Assembly: GCA_013239625.1 (NCBI GenBank)
Contig: MU054187.1
Coordinates: forward strand, 3,855,757-3,919,756
Direction: 5' to 3'
Length of the DNA stretch: 64,000 nucleotides
Source of the DNA: Lama guanicoe
Lineage: Eukaryota
In this document: in pieces, positions 25,984-39,050 of the stretch
Layout: each line of letters opens with the position of its first letter
Numbering within the stretch: position 1 is the first letter of the stretch
The notes under the pieces: model-generated
The model's database searches: none
Seen by the model: the letters and a program-made list of their open reading frames with translations, nothing else
What the model was told of the DNA's origin: nothing
Made by a program: the position numbers and the translations under genes

Positions 25984-27856
25984 TCTGTGAGACACCATGG
26001 AATGTGATGTCACTTTTTTTCCCTTGAGGCCATCCTTGACTGCTATTTTTCTCTTTCTCTTGGTGATTGTGACATTTTGTATAGTCTTGCAAAAGCTGGC
26101 TCAGTGACAACCCCTCTTATTTAATTGTAAAAGGTTATTTAAAAATCTAAAACCAGATGTTCCTGTGTTCTCTGCTCACCTGTAGAGACATGGGCTGTGT
26201 TTCACTGGGGGAGGGTAGTCTCTTAAGTGAATTACCCTCTTGTCTGGTTTTATGTTCAAAGGATTATATTCAAATAAGGAGGCAAGATCTGGGTTTTTAT
26301 TTACTGGGAAGGGAGAAAATAGAAGCAATTTCTTAGACTTGTTCTTGTCAAATGCAACCCACAAAAACCCCTCTTGCAGGGAAAGGGCTTGGCTCTTTTA
26401 ATTATGACAGAAACAACGCTTTTAGTCTTTACTCTGCAAAACTAAGCTAAGTAGAAAACAGCTCACGGCCTGACAAGCACATTTTCCCTAACAGATTGAG
26501 CACTTTGGATCTCAGACACTGTTTCTGTAGTGTTTTTAATTCACATACTTTGCAAGGATCCTGACCCAAGTAATTGTTTTTCAGAATCATCAGCATTACA
26601 CCATTTGAGTTTTAAATAAAGATGAGAGGTTTTTAAAGGCAAAAATGACTACTTAGGGATTGCAAACAAAAGCTTGAGTTCTGTAGAGGAGGACACAAAG
26701 AAGTATATTTAATCAGATAAGTAAATTTATTTCAACAATGTAATTCTAGTTTCACTCCCAAGTTAGCTTCCATAAACAGTCTTTGGCAGGAAATAGCAAA
26801 GTTTGGTGAGATTAAATTGATATGAAGTCAAACTTGCACTTAAACTTTATTCTGGTTGTTAGTAGATCTGAAGTTAAATAAAATGAAAATGAAAGCTTAT
26901 TTTCTCATGTCTCCAGAAGGATTTGTCTGGAGTTCCATTTAATTAAGTTCCCAAATTTATAATTAAAAATAGTTCTTAAGTTGTTCCACATTAACTTGGA
27001 GAAAAAGTCATAAATCCAAATATGTCTGGGATTTCAGGGTAGTTGATACCTTAAAAGAAAAAAAAAAAAAACCGTCCAGGATGTTTGCAGGGTGCAGTGC
27101 TCCGAGCTCGACCGCTGGGCGCTGAGAGCCTTCAGCCTGTGCTGTTCCTTTCATCCTCCAGGGACCATTTATACCCTGGGAGCTCAACCAACTGTTTTTA
27201 GAGTGAAAAATCAAACCATCCTCTATAAACTATTTGCAAACTTTTTTCGCCCAAATAAAAAGGTAAAAAAAAAATTGTTAACTTTTTCCATCCTGGCTTC
27301 CAAAATACTGAAAAAAAAAATTAAAGAAAATATTTGATCTGAGAATTCCTGTATTTCTACATTTTAATACATTTTCTACTTAAAAAGTGGATTTCCAAAC
27401 CCGATTAATTTATTCTGCATATAGTACAGTATAGAGGCTTTTGCTTGTTCCAGAAAGCAGCTAACGTTTTGGCTGCACCTGGTTGAATTTTTCTTCCTAA
27501 TTTGGCAGGAACCTAAGACTCAGTGCTGAGGGGCATTTAAAGAATTTCAAAAAAACTTTTTTCATTTAAATTCACGGCATCTTGATATGCACCATAAAGC
27601 ATATTTCCTACTAGTTAAAATGACGTATTCCTTCAATGACCAAAATGAATTAGTGCGTGCCTGTGAGCCCAGGTGCAGCTTTGTGATAACACAAGGAATA
27701 CTTGCTTATGTTGACTCTGTCCCTGCAGAAAGGACGGACTGTAAATGGAGCTCACGGCTGATTAACTGAGCTCACAGATTCATTACTCGATCATCCAATA
27801 CTTATCCATGACACCTTTTGTGTGTCAAGCATCATGTTATGCACAGGGAACACCTT

Positions 27857-28030
27857 TTCTTTCTTTTCCTTTTTTTGCTTTCTTGTTTGTTTGTTTTTGG
27901 AGGGGGAGGTAATTAGGTTTATTTATTTATTTAATTTATTCATTTATTGTAGATGTACTGGGGATTGAACCCAGGACCTTGTGCGTGCTAAGCATGCACC
28001 CTACCACGGAGCTATCCCCTCCGCTCCCCA
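27857..28030 (-). mobile_element. tRNA-derived SINE, vic-1-like, more diverged copy
   Basis: T-rich tail, 'gggggaggtaattaggtttattt', B-box 'ggggattgaaccc', 'tgctaagcatgcaccctacc..gagctat'. Imperfect TSD gggaaca(c/t)ctt at 27846 and 28037. Confidence 0.88.
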
Positions 28031-28900
28031 CACACTGGGAACATCTTGATGGATAATCACAAACAGGCCCTTCAGGGACAGCGTGGGGGCTGGCAGGGCT
28101 TCAGCCTGTGCTCTGATGGGGGAGCTCTGGGAAATTCAGCATCCTCACCTGACGCAGAGATCAGGTGTGGTACCTACGCCTGAATATTGCACATATTACT
28201 TTTTTTTACAGTTGTAGAACTTCAGGAAAAAAATCAAGAGTTTTACTTTTGTGAGCAGCTGCCAAACCTGGCTGCAGTCATAGCAGAGGCCCCAACGTGG
28301 GAAAGGGTGCTCCTTTAGGGGAATAAGGAACAGATTCTCGAGTGAGGCACGAAGGTCATCCCTCGAGTGCAGACTGACATCGACTGTACCTGGGAGGCGG
28401 TTCAGAAGCTCTCTGTGGATGCCAGGTGAGCAATGCCCTGGTCCAGTGGAGCCCTGTCGAGGGGAAGTCTCGGCCATCTGCCTCCAAGGAGCATGATGTG
28501 CACAGACGTCTCAGGAGTGAAACTGCAGAACGCCTGAGCCCCACGCTGTGCGCCCGTCTGCTGGGCACGTGGAACTGGAAGCTGCTGACATTCGGAGAGG
28601 CGGGTCTGCACACAACCATTCCTTGTTTCCATTTAGATGCTTCCTGTTCCTAGGACAGATTCTGGCACTTAGTGGGTGATTAATAAGTGCAGGCTGAGTG
28701 AATAAATGCCAGATTCCTGTAGTATCAGACACTTTGCTGGGTGATATAGAATAAGAAAAAAATAAGCTCCTTCATTCATTCATTAACATATCAGCGAGAG
28801 CAGAATTATGACTCCTAGAAACTGAGACACAACTTTCTTTAAAAAAAATCCCACTATGTATTCCCTCCCTGGCATGGTTCCTTTCCTTTTAAACTGGCTG

Positions 28901-29532
<632 letters not shown>

Positions 29533-29894
29533 GATGTCTTGTGACCATCAAGAAGTGGGAACAATGTCCCTTTGACCTAACACGTCAGTTCCCCTCCCTG
29601 GCATTCCTCCTCCTCCTCCTCCTTCCCCCACCCCCTCACCTCCAAGGCAAATAACTGGAGAAAAGAGCTCAAGATGGAGACACAAGGGCCCTTCTGTGTC
29701 CAGAATGAGGAGGAGTAAAACCCTGGCTTGTTTTTATTGTGCACAGCGTATCCTGCAGCAGAGATCCGTTGTCACTTCCTTCCCCAGCTAGACAGTTGAC
29801 TTCCATATTTGTTTCCATTGGTAACATTCTGAAACATACTGATGCATAATTGCAATTCTAATCACTACACGACTATGTGATCTAGACAGAAAGG

Positions 29895-30895
29895 AAAAAA
29901 AATTGCTTTTTGTACTTTGAAGTTTTTCCATCATATACACAAATAAAGACAGTGGTACAATGAACCTGGTGGGCCAGCTTTCAGTTTCTACAGCTGTCAA
30001 CATGTCATCTTTTTCATCTGTACCTCCACCCACAACCCTTTGACAAGGATAATTTTCAAGTAGAACCCATAGATCATAATGTTTCATTTCTACATATTTT
30101 AGAGTTATTCCCAAAAGATGGAGACTAAAAAAACTGTGTCTGAAAATTAATAATAATTTATTAATATCATCAAATATCTACTTAGTATTCACATTTCTCC
30201 ATCGACTTTAAATTAGTTTTTATAGATGTGTTTGAACAGGATTGAAAGAGCCATACATTGATATTGGTGATGTATTTCTTAATTTCTTTCGATAATCTGT
30301 GTTCCCCCTTCATCTCTGCTTGTTTCTATGGAGGTGGTGAGCTCATTTGTCTTGCAGAGTTTCTCCAAGATCTGTAGTCTGTGGATTACAGACCCACGGT
30401 GGTCTGAAACGTGTTCTTTGGCCCCTTGTATTTTCTATAAATGAGTAATTATATCTAGAAGCTTGATCAGACTCAGATTTGATTTTTTTTTTAAATCAAG
30501 CCCCTCATGAGGAGATACGTAGTGTCTGGGCTGCCCCTCTTCTTGTCAGGCTCCCAGCCACTGAGGGTCTTGCCTCGGTCTGTTACTTTCTTAGAAGTTG
30601 CAAAATGATAACATTTTCATTTGCTCTTGATTTATTACCTAAAAATCTTCTATAAAGAGAAATTTCCCCTTGTTGGTTCTTGAGTTACCCTGAAGTATGG
30701 ATTGTATAGAAAAGGCAGGATCATTTTTTCCCCTTAATTAACCATTTTCAAAATAATGAGTGTCTCCTTCTGATCTTCCAAAGATAATCAGTGCATTTTT
30801 TCAAGTATAATTATGAACTTACGGGCTTATCTAAATCATATTTAATAAATTTTAATCCACTGCAGTTATTATTCTCATTAATACTCAAATCAACT
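29895..30895 (-). mobile_element. Old L1M (L1MC-like) 3' region
   Basis: 'ataataatttattaatatcatcaaatatc', 'tagaagcttgatcagactcagatttgattt', 'gaaaaggcaggat'; resembles 22830-23700. Confidence 0.6.
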
Positions 30896-30944
30896 TGGTT
30901 ATGGCTTCTGTGCAACCCTAGGGATTTGTAAATTTCTCATTTTT

Positions 30945-31085
30945 CTGTTTTTAACCAGAGAGTAAATATTTTAGGCTTAACAGACCATAAAGTTTTTGCA
31001 ATTGCCATAAACAGTATGTAAATGAACGTGTTCTTTATTTATAAAATACAGTTCCACTGGCCTTTGCTTGTGGACCCAGGTCCTA
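30945..31085. mobile_element. MER58-like hAT-Charlie relic
   Basis: 'ccagagagtaaatattttaggctt..gccataaacagtatgtaaatgaa..ctttatttataaaataca'. Confidence 0.6.
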
Positions 31086-31904
31086 AAGTATAAAAACCTA
31101 TGTTCTAAAAGGAAAATGTAGAGTGAAACACAACATTATGTTCATTTAATCCTCACTCTATCTCTTCATCCCACCAAAACGTGTTTCTGTTTCATAGAAA
31201 AGGGTAAGAAGGTAAGTACAGTAGAGCAGTGGCATTGACTCAATGAAACAATAATGCTAATTTCTTATTGTGATTAAAAACATATTTCCTATGTTTTATA
31301 TACTATTGCATATATGTACACACCGGGATTATATACTATTACATATATAAACCAATATACGTATATAGAACTCTATTTCTATGTATGCACATGGTCGTGT
31401 GTGCATGTCTGTAAATGCCTTGGGTTGCTTGGCAGAAGGCCAACTAGTTTTATAACCACAGGGCGATGTCTAGTCTGATCATGTTAGAAGCCCACTCCAG
31501 AACTTTCTGGGGGCTTGCTGAGTGTCCCTGTTGGTAGACTCCAGGCATCTCAGGGTTGGATGAGTTCTCTGTTTACCTAACATAGCCTTTCCTACTGCGT
31601 GACTTCCTCTGGAAATCATCCAGCAACCAGCCACGTAGACCCCGTTTGATCCATCCATCCGTCTAGCGGTGAGAAGCTCCCTTCCTCCGGAGGCAGCCTA
31701 TTCCTTGAATGATTCTTAAATAATTTTCTCTGGGGTAAGCCCACATCTGTATTTCCTCCCCTCCCTTCTGTAAGGAAGTCACTCCCAGCTGCCTAGCTCG
31801 GTCATGTTCCCCTGTTACATGCTCTCCTATGACCTGCACCTCCTCTGTGTGGAGTTTGTCAGCTCCACGCATGTGGCCATTTGGTTTGTCACTATTCCTG
31901 TGTT

Positions 31905-33102
31905 AGACTGTAAACTTCCTGAGGGCAGGGATTACAAGTGTTTGTTCACATTGTATACGGAGTATCTAGCACGTGGCAGGGTCTCAAGAAATACTTGTCA
32001 AATAAAGGAGTCAGCTCTTATTTTTCCTTCTATTTATAGAGAATAAGCACAACCCTAGCTCGGGGGAATAGCTGACCCGAGAATGAATGCTCGCCAGCCC
32101 TTTCCCTTCTAGGGTGTGGAGCCAGCTGATTTCCTTTCATGTAAGGAGGACAGAAAGCTCTGAGATATAGATTTCCTCTCAGCCCTTATCATTGTATTTC
32201 CTGAGTATCACAGTCGGGGGTGTAAACACGCATGGCAGGGAGCCCTAAGTGATGCGGGATGTTTTTGCTCAACACCAGAACGCAAAGCCAGCATCGTTGT
32301 CTCTGTCTGCTGCCATCTTCCCGGTCACCCCAGATGCTTCTGCTGTGCCCTCACTCCATCGATTCTCCCCCAAATTTCATTTCTGTTCGGACAGCTCCAT
32401 CTGGACTTTTACATGTTTCCTCAAAATGAACACATCCAAAATCAGAGCCATCCACTTTCTCTGCAATTTTTTCCCCCCAAATTTCCTCTTTCTGTTAATA
32501 CTGATCTGAGTTATCCGATTCTTCAGACTCAACACCTAAGGCATGCTTGACACCTCTTCCTCTGTTCTCACTGGTCCACACAGCCTATAGCCTGCAAGAT
32601 TGAAATCCTCTTACTTGTGTCCCCACCTTAAACCTTTAATCCATTCCATACATTTAAATCTTTCAAAAGTGTGACCACTAGACCAGAAGACCCATAAAGA
32701 CAGGGGCAGTTATTTTTGTGTTCATGGCTGTATTCCTGACACAGAGGACTGGGTCTGGGGCACTCAAAAGGGTTTCTTAAGTGATTTACAATGCTTCACA
32801 AATTTCTGTATCATGTTGCTGCAGGCTGACAAACTCCTTAGCTTGGTGCTCAAGGTTTTCCAGGATTTAGCCTTATTCTGTTTCTCACAATCAAAGCCGT
32901 TCTCCCAAATGCCAAGTCTAAGAATGAATAAAATTACTAAACAATTTGCTCCACTTAAAAGTAAGTGGGATTTCTTTTTTCTGCCAAAAAAGTCTTCCAT
33001 GAAAGGCAAGAGCTTTAGAAGTCTACTGCCCAGACGTAGTGATGAGCATCAAAAAGGAAAAGGGAAAAAAATCATGGTACCACTTGGACCATTTGTAGCA
33101 GG
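31905..33102 (+). repeat. Tandem duplication copy 1 (internally deleted, 1198 bp)
   Basis: 31905-32055 matches 33104-33254, and 32057-33102 matches 34268-35322. Identical ORF translations appear at offset 2220 in the ORF track. Confidence 0.97.
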
Positions 33103-33103
33103 A

Positions 33104-35322
33104 AGACTGTAAACTTCCTGAGGGCAGGGATTACAAGTGTTTGTTCACGTTGTATACGGAGTATCTAGCACGTGGCAGGGTCTCAAGAAATACTTGTCAA
33201 ATAAAGGAGTCAGCTCTTATTTTTCCTTCTATTTATAAAGAATAAGCACAACCCCTTAAAACACCATGCTCCCCTCAACATCTTATTTTTTCCTGGGTAA
33301 GACATCTCAGCCTTCTCAATATTCCCGCCCACTGCATAGCCTTTAATTTGTTTATTATTGCAGTTGTTTTCCTTAGAGCAGGTTCTGGTGGGGCACCCAA
33401 AGCCGACCAGTCGTCCTGATGCACCCTGACCAGAGCAGGGTTGCAATAGGACCGTCGCATTCTTACAATAGAGCCTGAAATCCCCACTGATGGTTGACAA
33501 CAACATTGCATTCTATTGATTCACATGATGCACTAAAATATTTTCTCTTTACTTTTCTATTTCTGATATCTACTGAATGTGTCAGCAGCTGACGCTATCA
33601 AGGTGTTTGACTTACTCAAATTCACTCTATTCCCAGTTTCCCTACACATCATATTGGTTTAAATAAATATCCTGCTTTTTATGTTTTTTATGTTGAAAGA
33701 CTATGCGTGTGATCCCCGAGTAGCACAACCGAATGTCAACACATTACTGCTCTTCATCAGACAGTCTTAAAATGAAGAGGCTGCCTCTCTCTTTATTGCC
33801 AGGCAGACTTCTTCCCGAACGACTGAGGTCTTCCCCCACCGCAGCCTGGCCGCAGCACGGCACTCCACTGGTTAGACGTTGGTCTTTGCGTGATATAGTC
33901 TCTTAGGAGCTCATGTGCAATAAATGCCATATATTTTGGTTTTCTGCATGTCCACTACCTGTCATTTCTGACCCGTTGCTTGTTTTGGACAGTGTTCTAG
34001 AGGACAGCACAGTTCACCAGTTTTCACGCCCCTGATGCATGCCAGTCTCCACTCCAGCAAAACTACCCCTTTCCGTGGGATTTGCAGTGGTAACTGAATG
34101 TCTGGATTAGGCACCTGCGCTCATGAATTCCTTCCCTGGAATACATTCAGCAACTGTCTAACCTCATCTCTCTCACAAACAACAGAGGCCTGGAACATTG
34201 TGCTCTTATTAATTAAAGGCACAGGGAGCTTGGGACCTGCCGCTCTGAGAGATTCCAGACCAGCAAGAGCTCGGGGGAATAGCTGACCCGAGAATGAATG
34301 CTCGCCAGACCTTTCCCTTCTAGGGTGTGGAGCCAGCTGATTTCCTTTCATGTAAGGAGGACAGAAAGCTCCGAGATATAGATTTCCTCTCAGCCCTTAT
34401 CATTGTATTTCCTGAGCATCACAGTCGGGGGTGTAAACACGCATGGCAGGGAGCCCTAAGTGATGCGGGATGTTTTTGCTCAACACCAGAACACAAAGCC
34501 AGCATCGTTGTCTCTGTCTGCTGCCATCTTCCCGGTCACCCCAGATGCTTCTGCAACATCCGCTGTGCCCTCACTCCATCGAATCTCCCCCAAATTTCAT
34601 TTCTGATCGGACAGCTCCATCTGGACTTTTACATGTTTCCTCAAAATGAACACATCCAAAATCAGAGCCATCCACTTTCTCTGCAATTTTTTCCCCCCAA
34701 ATTTCCTCTTTCTGTTAATACTGATCTGAGTTATCCGATTCTTCAGACTCAACACCTAAGGCATGCTTGACACCTCTTCCTCTGTTCTCACTGGTCCACA
34801 CAGCCTATAGCCTGCAAGATTGAAATCCTCTTACTTGTGTCCCCACCTTAAACCTTTAATCCATTCCATACATTTAAATCTTTCAAAAGTGTGACCACTA
34901 GACCAGAAGACCCATAAAGACAGGGGCAGTTATTTTTGTGTTCATGGCTGTATTCCTGACACAGAGGACTGGGTCTGGGGCACTCAAAAGGGTTTCTTAA
35001 GTGATTTACAATGCTTCACAAATTTCTGTATCATGTTGCTGCAGGCTGACAAACTCCTTAGCTTGGTGCTCAAGGTTTTCCAGGATTTAGCCTTATTCTG
35101 TTTCTCACAATCAAAGCCGTTCTCCCAAATGCCAAGTCTAAGAATGAATAAAATTACTAAACAATTTGCTCCACTTAAAAGTAAGTGGGATTTCTTTTTT
35201 CTGCCAAAAAAGTCTTCCATGAAAGGCAAGAGCTTTAGAAGTCTACTGCCCAGACGTAGTGATGAGCATCAAAAAGGAAAAGGGAAAAAAATCATGGTAC
35301 CACTTGGACCATTTGTAGCAGG
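33104..35322 (+). repeat. Tandem duplication copy 2 (full unit, 2219 bp)
   Basis: Same termini as copy 1 (agactgtaaac...atttgtagcagg), plus 1013 bp (33255-34267) absent from copy 1. The unit contains L2 relics. Confidence 0.97.
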
Positions 35323-35629
35323 GGCACAGTTTTAATTTGGAGCTAATCCAGGATGTATTAAAATTGCCAGACTCTTTTCATGGTTTTCAAATAGTGAAGA
35401 TTCTGTAATTTCGAATCGTTTAACAGGTCAGACTGACTTGGCATTTAATAGGAGGAAATTATGGCCAGTTGGGAGGCTTGCTCGTTCGCACACACTTTAG
35501 CTCCTCGAGTATGTACTTATTAAGTGATTCCCGGGCACTCTTTTCCATAGCAGAGATGATGCTTTTATTAAAGCTGCTTTTCTGGGTGTGCATGGTGGGG
35601 ATGGAGGGCAAAATGAAAGAGGAGGAGAG

Positions 35630-36030
35630 AAAGGGAGCAGCGTAGCGGAGGGCGCCGTCCTCCGGCACAGCTGTTAGCTAATGAGCTGCGCTTCTGAATA
35701 ACAAGGAACAGTCGCAGCCAATGAGGCAATTCAGCCTGGAGAGCCGGCTCCACAAAGGGGCAGGGAGCCAAGGACTCCTTACTCCGCACAGTGTCAGCTC
35801 GTGAATGCCTGGCCGCTTAGGTGCACAAGACAGTCGTTGTCTTCACGTTTTCTCTCCTGTTTCTGTGGAATTGCTCCCGGGTTTGGGGCGCATCCCTCCT
35901 CCGCTGTCGTCTGTGCTGTTAGGGGGTTCCCTTGTGTGGTCTGGCCCTCAGAGATGGGAAGGCTCAGCGGCGCCCTGGTCCGGAGGAGCACACGTGCGGA
36001 CACACTCAGGTGGGGGGAACAGTGCGAAGG
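35630..36030. promoter_or_regulatory. CpG-enriched candidate cis-regulatory element
   Basis: CCAAT box 'agccaatgag' (~35716), E-box 'cagctg', SOX-like 'acaaag' and locally retained CpGs. Confidence 0.35.
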
Positions 36031-36419
36031 GGAAGTGACACTCAACCTTCACCACTTTGACGAAGGCCACTGGCTGTCCACTCACTCATTCCATAAATAA
36101 CGATCGGACACCAGAGGGGTCTTTTCTGAGCAATGTTTTCACGTAGGCCAGGTGTAGCTCTCACAGTTGATGTAAATGTTTCTTAGGGTGAGGGCACCAG
36201 GGCCATGCGGGTCAGAGAGAGTGACAGAGTGCCATGATTAGGGGTTGGAATGAGGGCTCAGGGAGCAAGGATTTTAGCCAATTCATCTCTTGCTGGGGCT
36301 GCTGCAGTATTTTTTTTTGCCCTACCTGGACTCAAACTTGCTTTCAGAAATTGCATTCAGAGTCTCTATCACAGGTGTGTGTGTGTCTCTGTGTGTGAAA
36401 GCTGGTGGTCATATGCAAT

Positions 36420-36900
36420 TTGTTCACTCATTTATTGAACAGGTATTTCTGGAGCAGGCGCCACGTGCAGGTACTTGGCTGAGGCATGAGACCTGGTGTC
36501 TTCCTAAGGGCGCTAATCCTGCCGGGAAGACAGAGAACAGGCAGACGTGTGTGATGGGCCCTGCAAGTCGGACCTAGGGTGAGCCGAGAACGTGTAATAC
36601 ACACGGGGTGGGGGTAGGAGCGGGGAATAGGATTCATCGCTGAGGAGGTGACTAGATCATTCAGGAAGTTTTAGGCTGTTTCTTGATTTGGGACTTTTTT
36701 CTAGGGGCAGAAGGAATGAGGGAAAAGATTTGAAACCAGAGAATTAGCTTCACCATATTTGGGTTTTTAAGAAGAACGTTCTGGGTTCTGTGAAGAGCGC
36801 TGGCTGGAAGAGGTAGCAGGGACTTCTGGTGGACTGGGTAGGTGGCCGTCACGGGATGTCAGGCTGTGATGACGTTTAGAGTCATTGTGCAATGTTAAGA
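36420..36900 (-). mobile_element. L2 relic
   Basis: 'ttcactcatttattgaacaggtatttctggagc..ccacgtgcaggtact' is a typical reverse L2 3' end. Confidence 0.55.
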
Positions 36901-37919
36901 GTTGAAGGTGTTAAGGAGATGTGTATATATATTGTTTGCAAGTAGTAGAGGACACTGGAAAGTGTTTGGATAAATTAGAGTTTGAATTCTACATGTTGCC
37001 CTGTGTCCATGGTCATCCATCTCCAGGGAGGGCTGGGCAGGGCAGCCGGGACCAGACCAGCTCCCTTGCTCTTTGTCCCCAGGATCCTCCTGGGCTGCAG
37101 TGCGCTGGCCAGCCCTGCCCCAAATACCCATCCTCGGGTTTGATTGGTGACACCTCACCTGGAGAAGACGTCCAAAGGGACTGGGAACCTAAGCTTCTAC
37201 ACTGAGGCATTTAGAAATAGAATCCGTTTGAACCGCGGTTTGAATCAGACTCTGAAACCCGTCGAAGTTAAGGAAAGGTGCCACATAATCTTTTTTTTTT
37301 AAATTTCCTGAAACTTACCAACAATTTGACATTTGTCATTGCAATCTAAAGGATTATGACTCTGATGAGTTCATCACAATTTTGAGGGCACTTAAAAAAT
37401 AATGCTTAACACTGGGAGACAAAAGAGGTCACTGAAAAAATAAAATTAAAGAGGGGAATGATCTGGTCTGATTTGTAAACTCCCCTCAAGGACTCCAAAT
37501 GCAGTAGGAATATCTGAGAACTCCCTGAGTAGGAAGCGATCTCTGCCTGGTGTTATTAATGCTGCTCGTCTTTCTGACAAACTGTCATTGATTCCTTTTC
37601 CTGTTTTATTAATGTTAACGAGAAAGACAAGGAATAAGGTGCAAAGATACCTGTGCAATTTCCTGTAAACACTGAAGAAATAACAAAAGGAAAATATTAT
37701 TTGCCTTCAAAGCTCCCCAAGCTTTGGGAATAAAACCCAGAAAAGCAGAGTGAACGACAGAAGCCATGTCTCGGAGTCCTTTGTCACAGGTGCTGACAAA
37801 CACAGACGCAGTATCCCAGAGGGGGACAAATGGCCAGACCAGAGAAAGAGAAAGATGGCTTTTTGTTTGCTCATTTTGTTTTGCTTTGTTTCTTCCTTCC
37901 AGACAAGTGAGCATCGCAG

Positions 37920-39050
37920 CCTCTGACCGCAGACGAGAGGACGTCCGCCTGGGAGGGAAGTTCCCCGTGTTTTCGCCACGATTGTCATAAAGGTACTTCT
38001 TTTCACTTTTCTCTAAATCCATGCCGCGTGACGACTGCAGTTATCGGAACAGCTCTCAGTGTGTCTTCCTGCCGTGTCGTGACACGGAGAGTTCCCGCTC
38101 TCCTCCCCGGTCGGGCCCTGCGCCATCCGCTTGGCCGGCGCGCGGGGTTGGTCCTCACCGTGGCTCCTCAGACCGGCCTGTGCCCTGGGGCCTGGACCCC
38201 AGGTTCGCCCCCTCCCTTCTTTCTCTTCCAACCAACGTTTGCAGGCGTCTTGTGTCTCCTGCTCACTTTAAATGTTGGGTCAGCAAGGTACAGCTGATGG
38301 TTTCCGAAAGCTGCCAGTCTGGAAGGAATTGAGATGGAGGCGTAAAGCAGCAGTCCCAGTGCGGCCTGGTGGGGACAGGACAAGGCCAGGCTGGGGTCGA
38401 GGAGGACAGAGCGCTGTGGGAGGCCATCCAAGGGGAGCCTGTGGCAGCGGGGGCAGCGGGGATGTCAGCCAAGCCTCAGAACAGGGGCGCTTTCTTCGCC
38501 GGACCCGGCTGGCCCAGCCTGTGCGCGCAGGATGGCTCAGCGCTGAGAAGCCGGTGCTGGCGCGGCCAGTGCATCTGGCGTGCGAGGCGGGAGGCGCCGT
38601 CAGCGGGCACGTGTGCGGTTCCGGGGGAGGGGAAGGACATCACGGCTACCTGGTCAAACCAGACAGCGTTAGGTTAGCAAACGTCAGAGAAAGCATCCAG
38701 GTGAGCCGGTCCTTAGGGCGGGAGAGAAGCAAGCAGGAAGAGAGGCCGAGCAGACGTGAGGGATGGTTTGTGTCAGTCTCTGCGTGAGGATGGGGACGGC
38801 GGAGGACGCGGCGGGGACCCCGGCAGCACTCAGAGCTTCCTGTACTGCCATGCATGCTTTTGAGCAAAAGCACACACAGCCACATAGCACTGAATACCAA
38901 CAGGGCGAGGGCAGCCGGGAGGGAGCTCGGGGGGTGGGTGTCCACGAGGGGACTGAAGGCGTGAAGCTCGAGACGCGACTTCTGTGGAAAAAGGTTAACT
39001 TGCGTCCGGCAGCTGGAGAGAGCTTCCGGGCACTGCTCACCTGCAGCTGC
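37920..39050. promoter_or_regulatory. CpG-rich region (weak CpG island)
   Basis: Dense CpG clusters at ~38020-38210, 38480-38640 and 38780-39030. Confidence 0.45.

Noticed and set aside
32764..35335. Duplicated 81-aa and ~100-aa ORFs suggesting paralogous genes
   Set aside because: Identity simply reflects the DNA duplication; no coding or splicing support.
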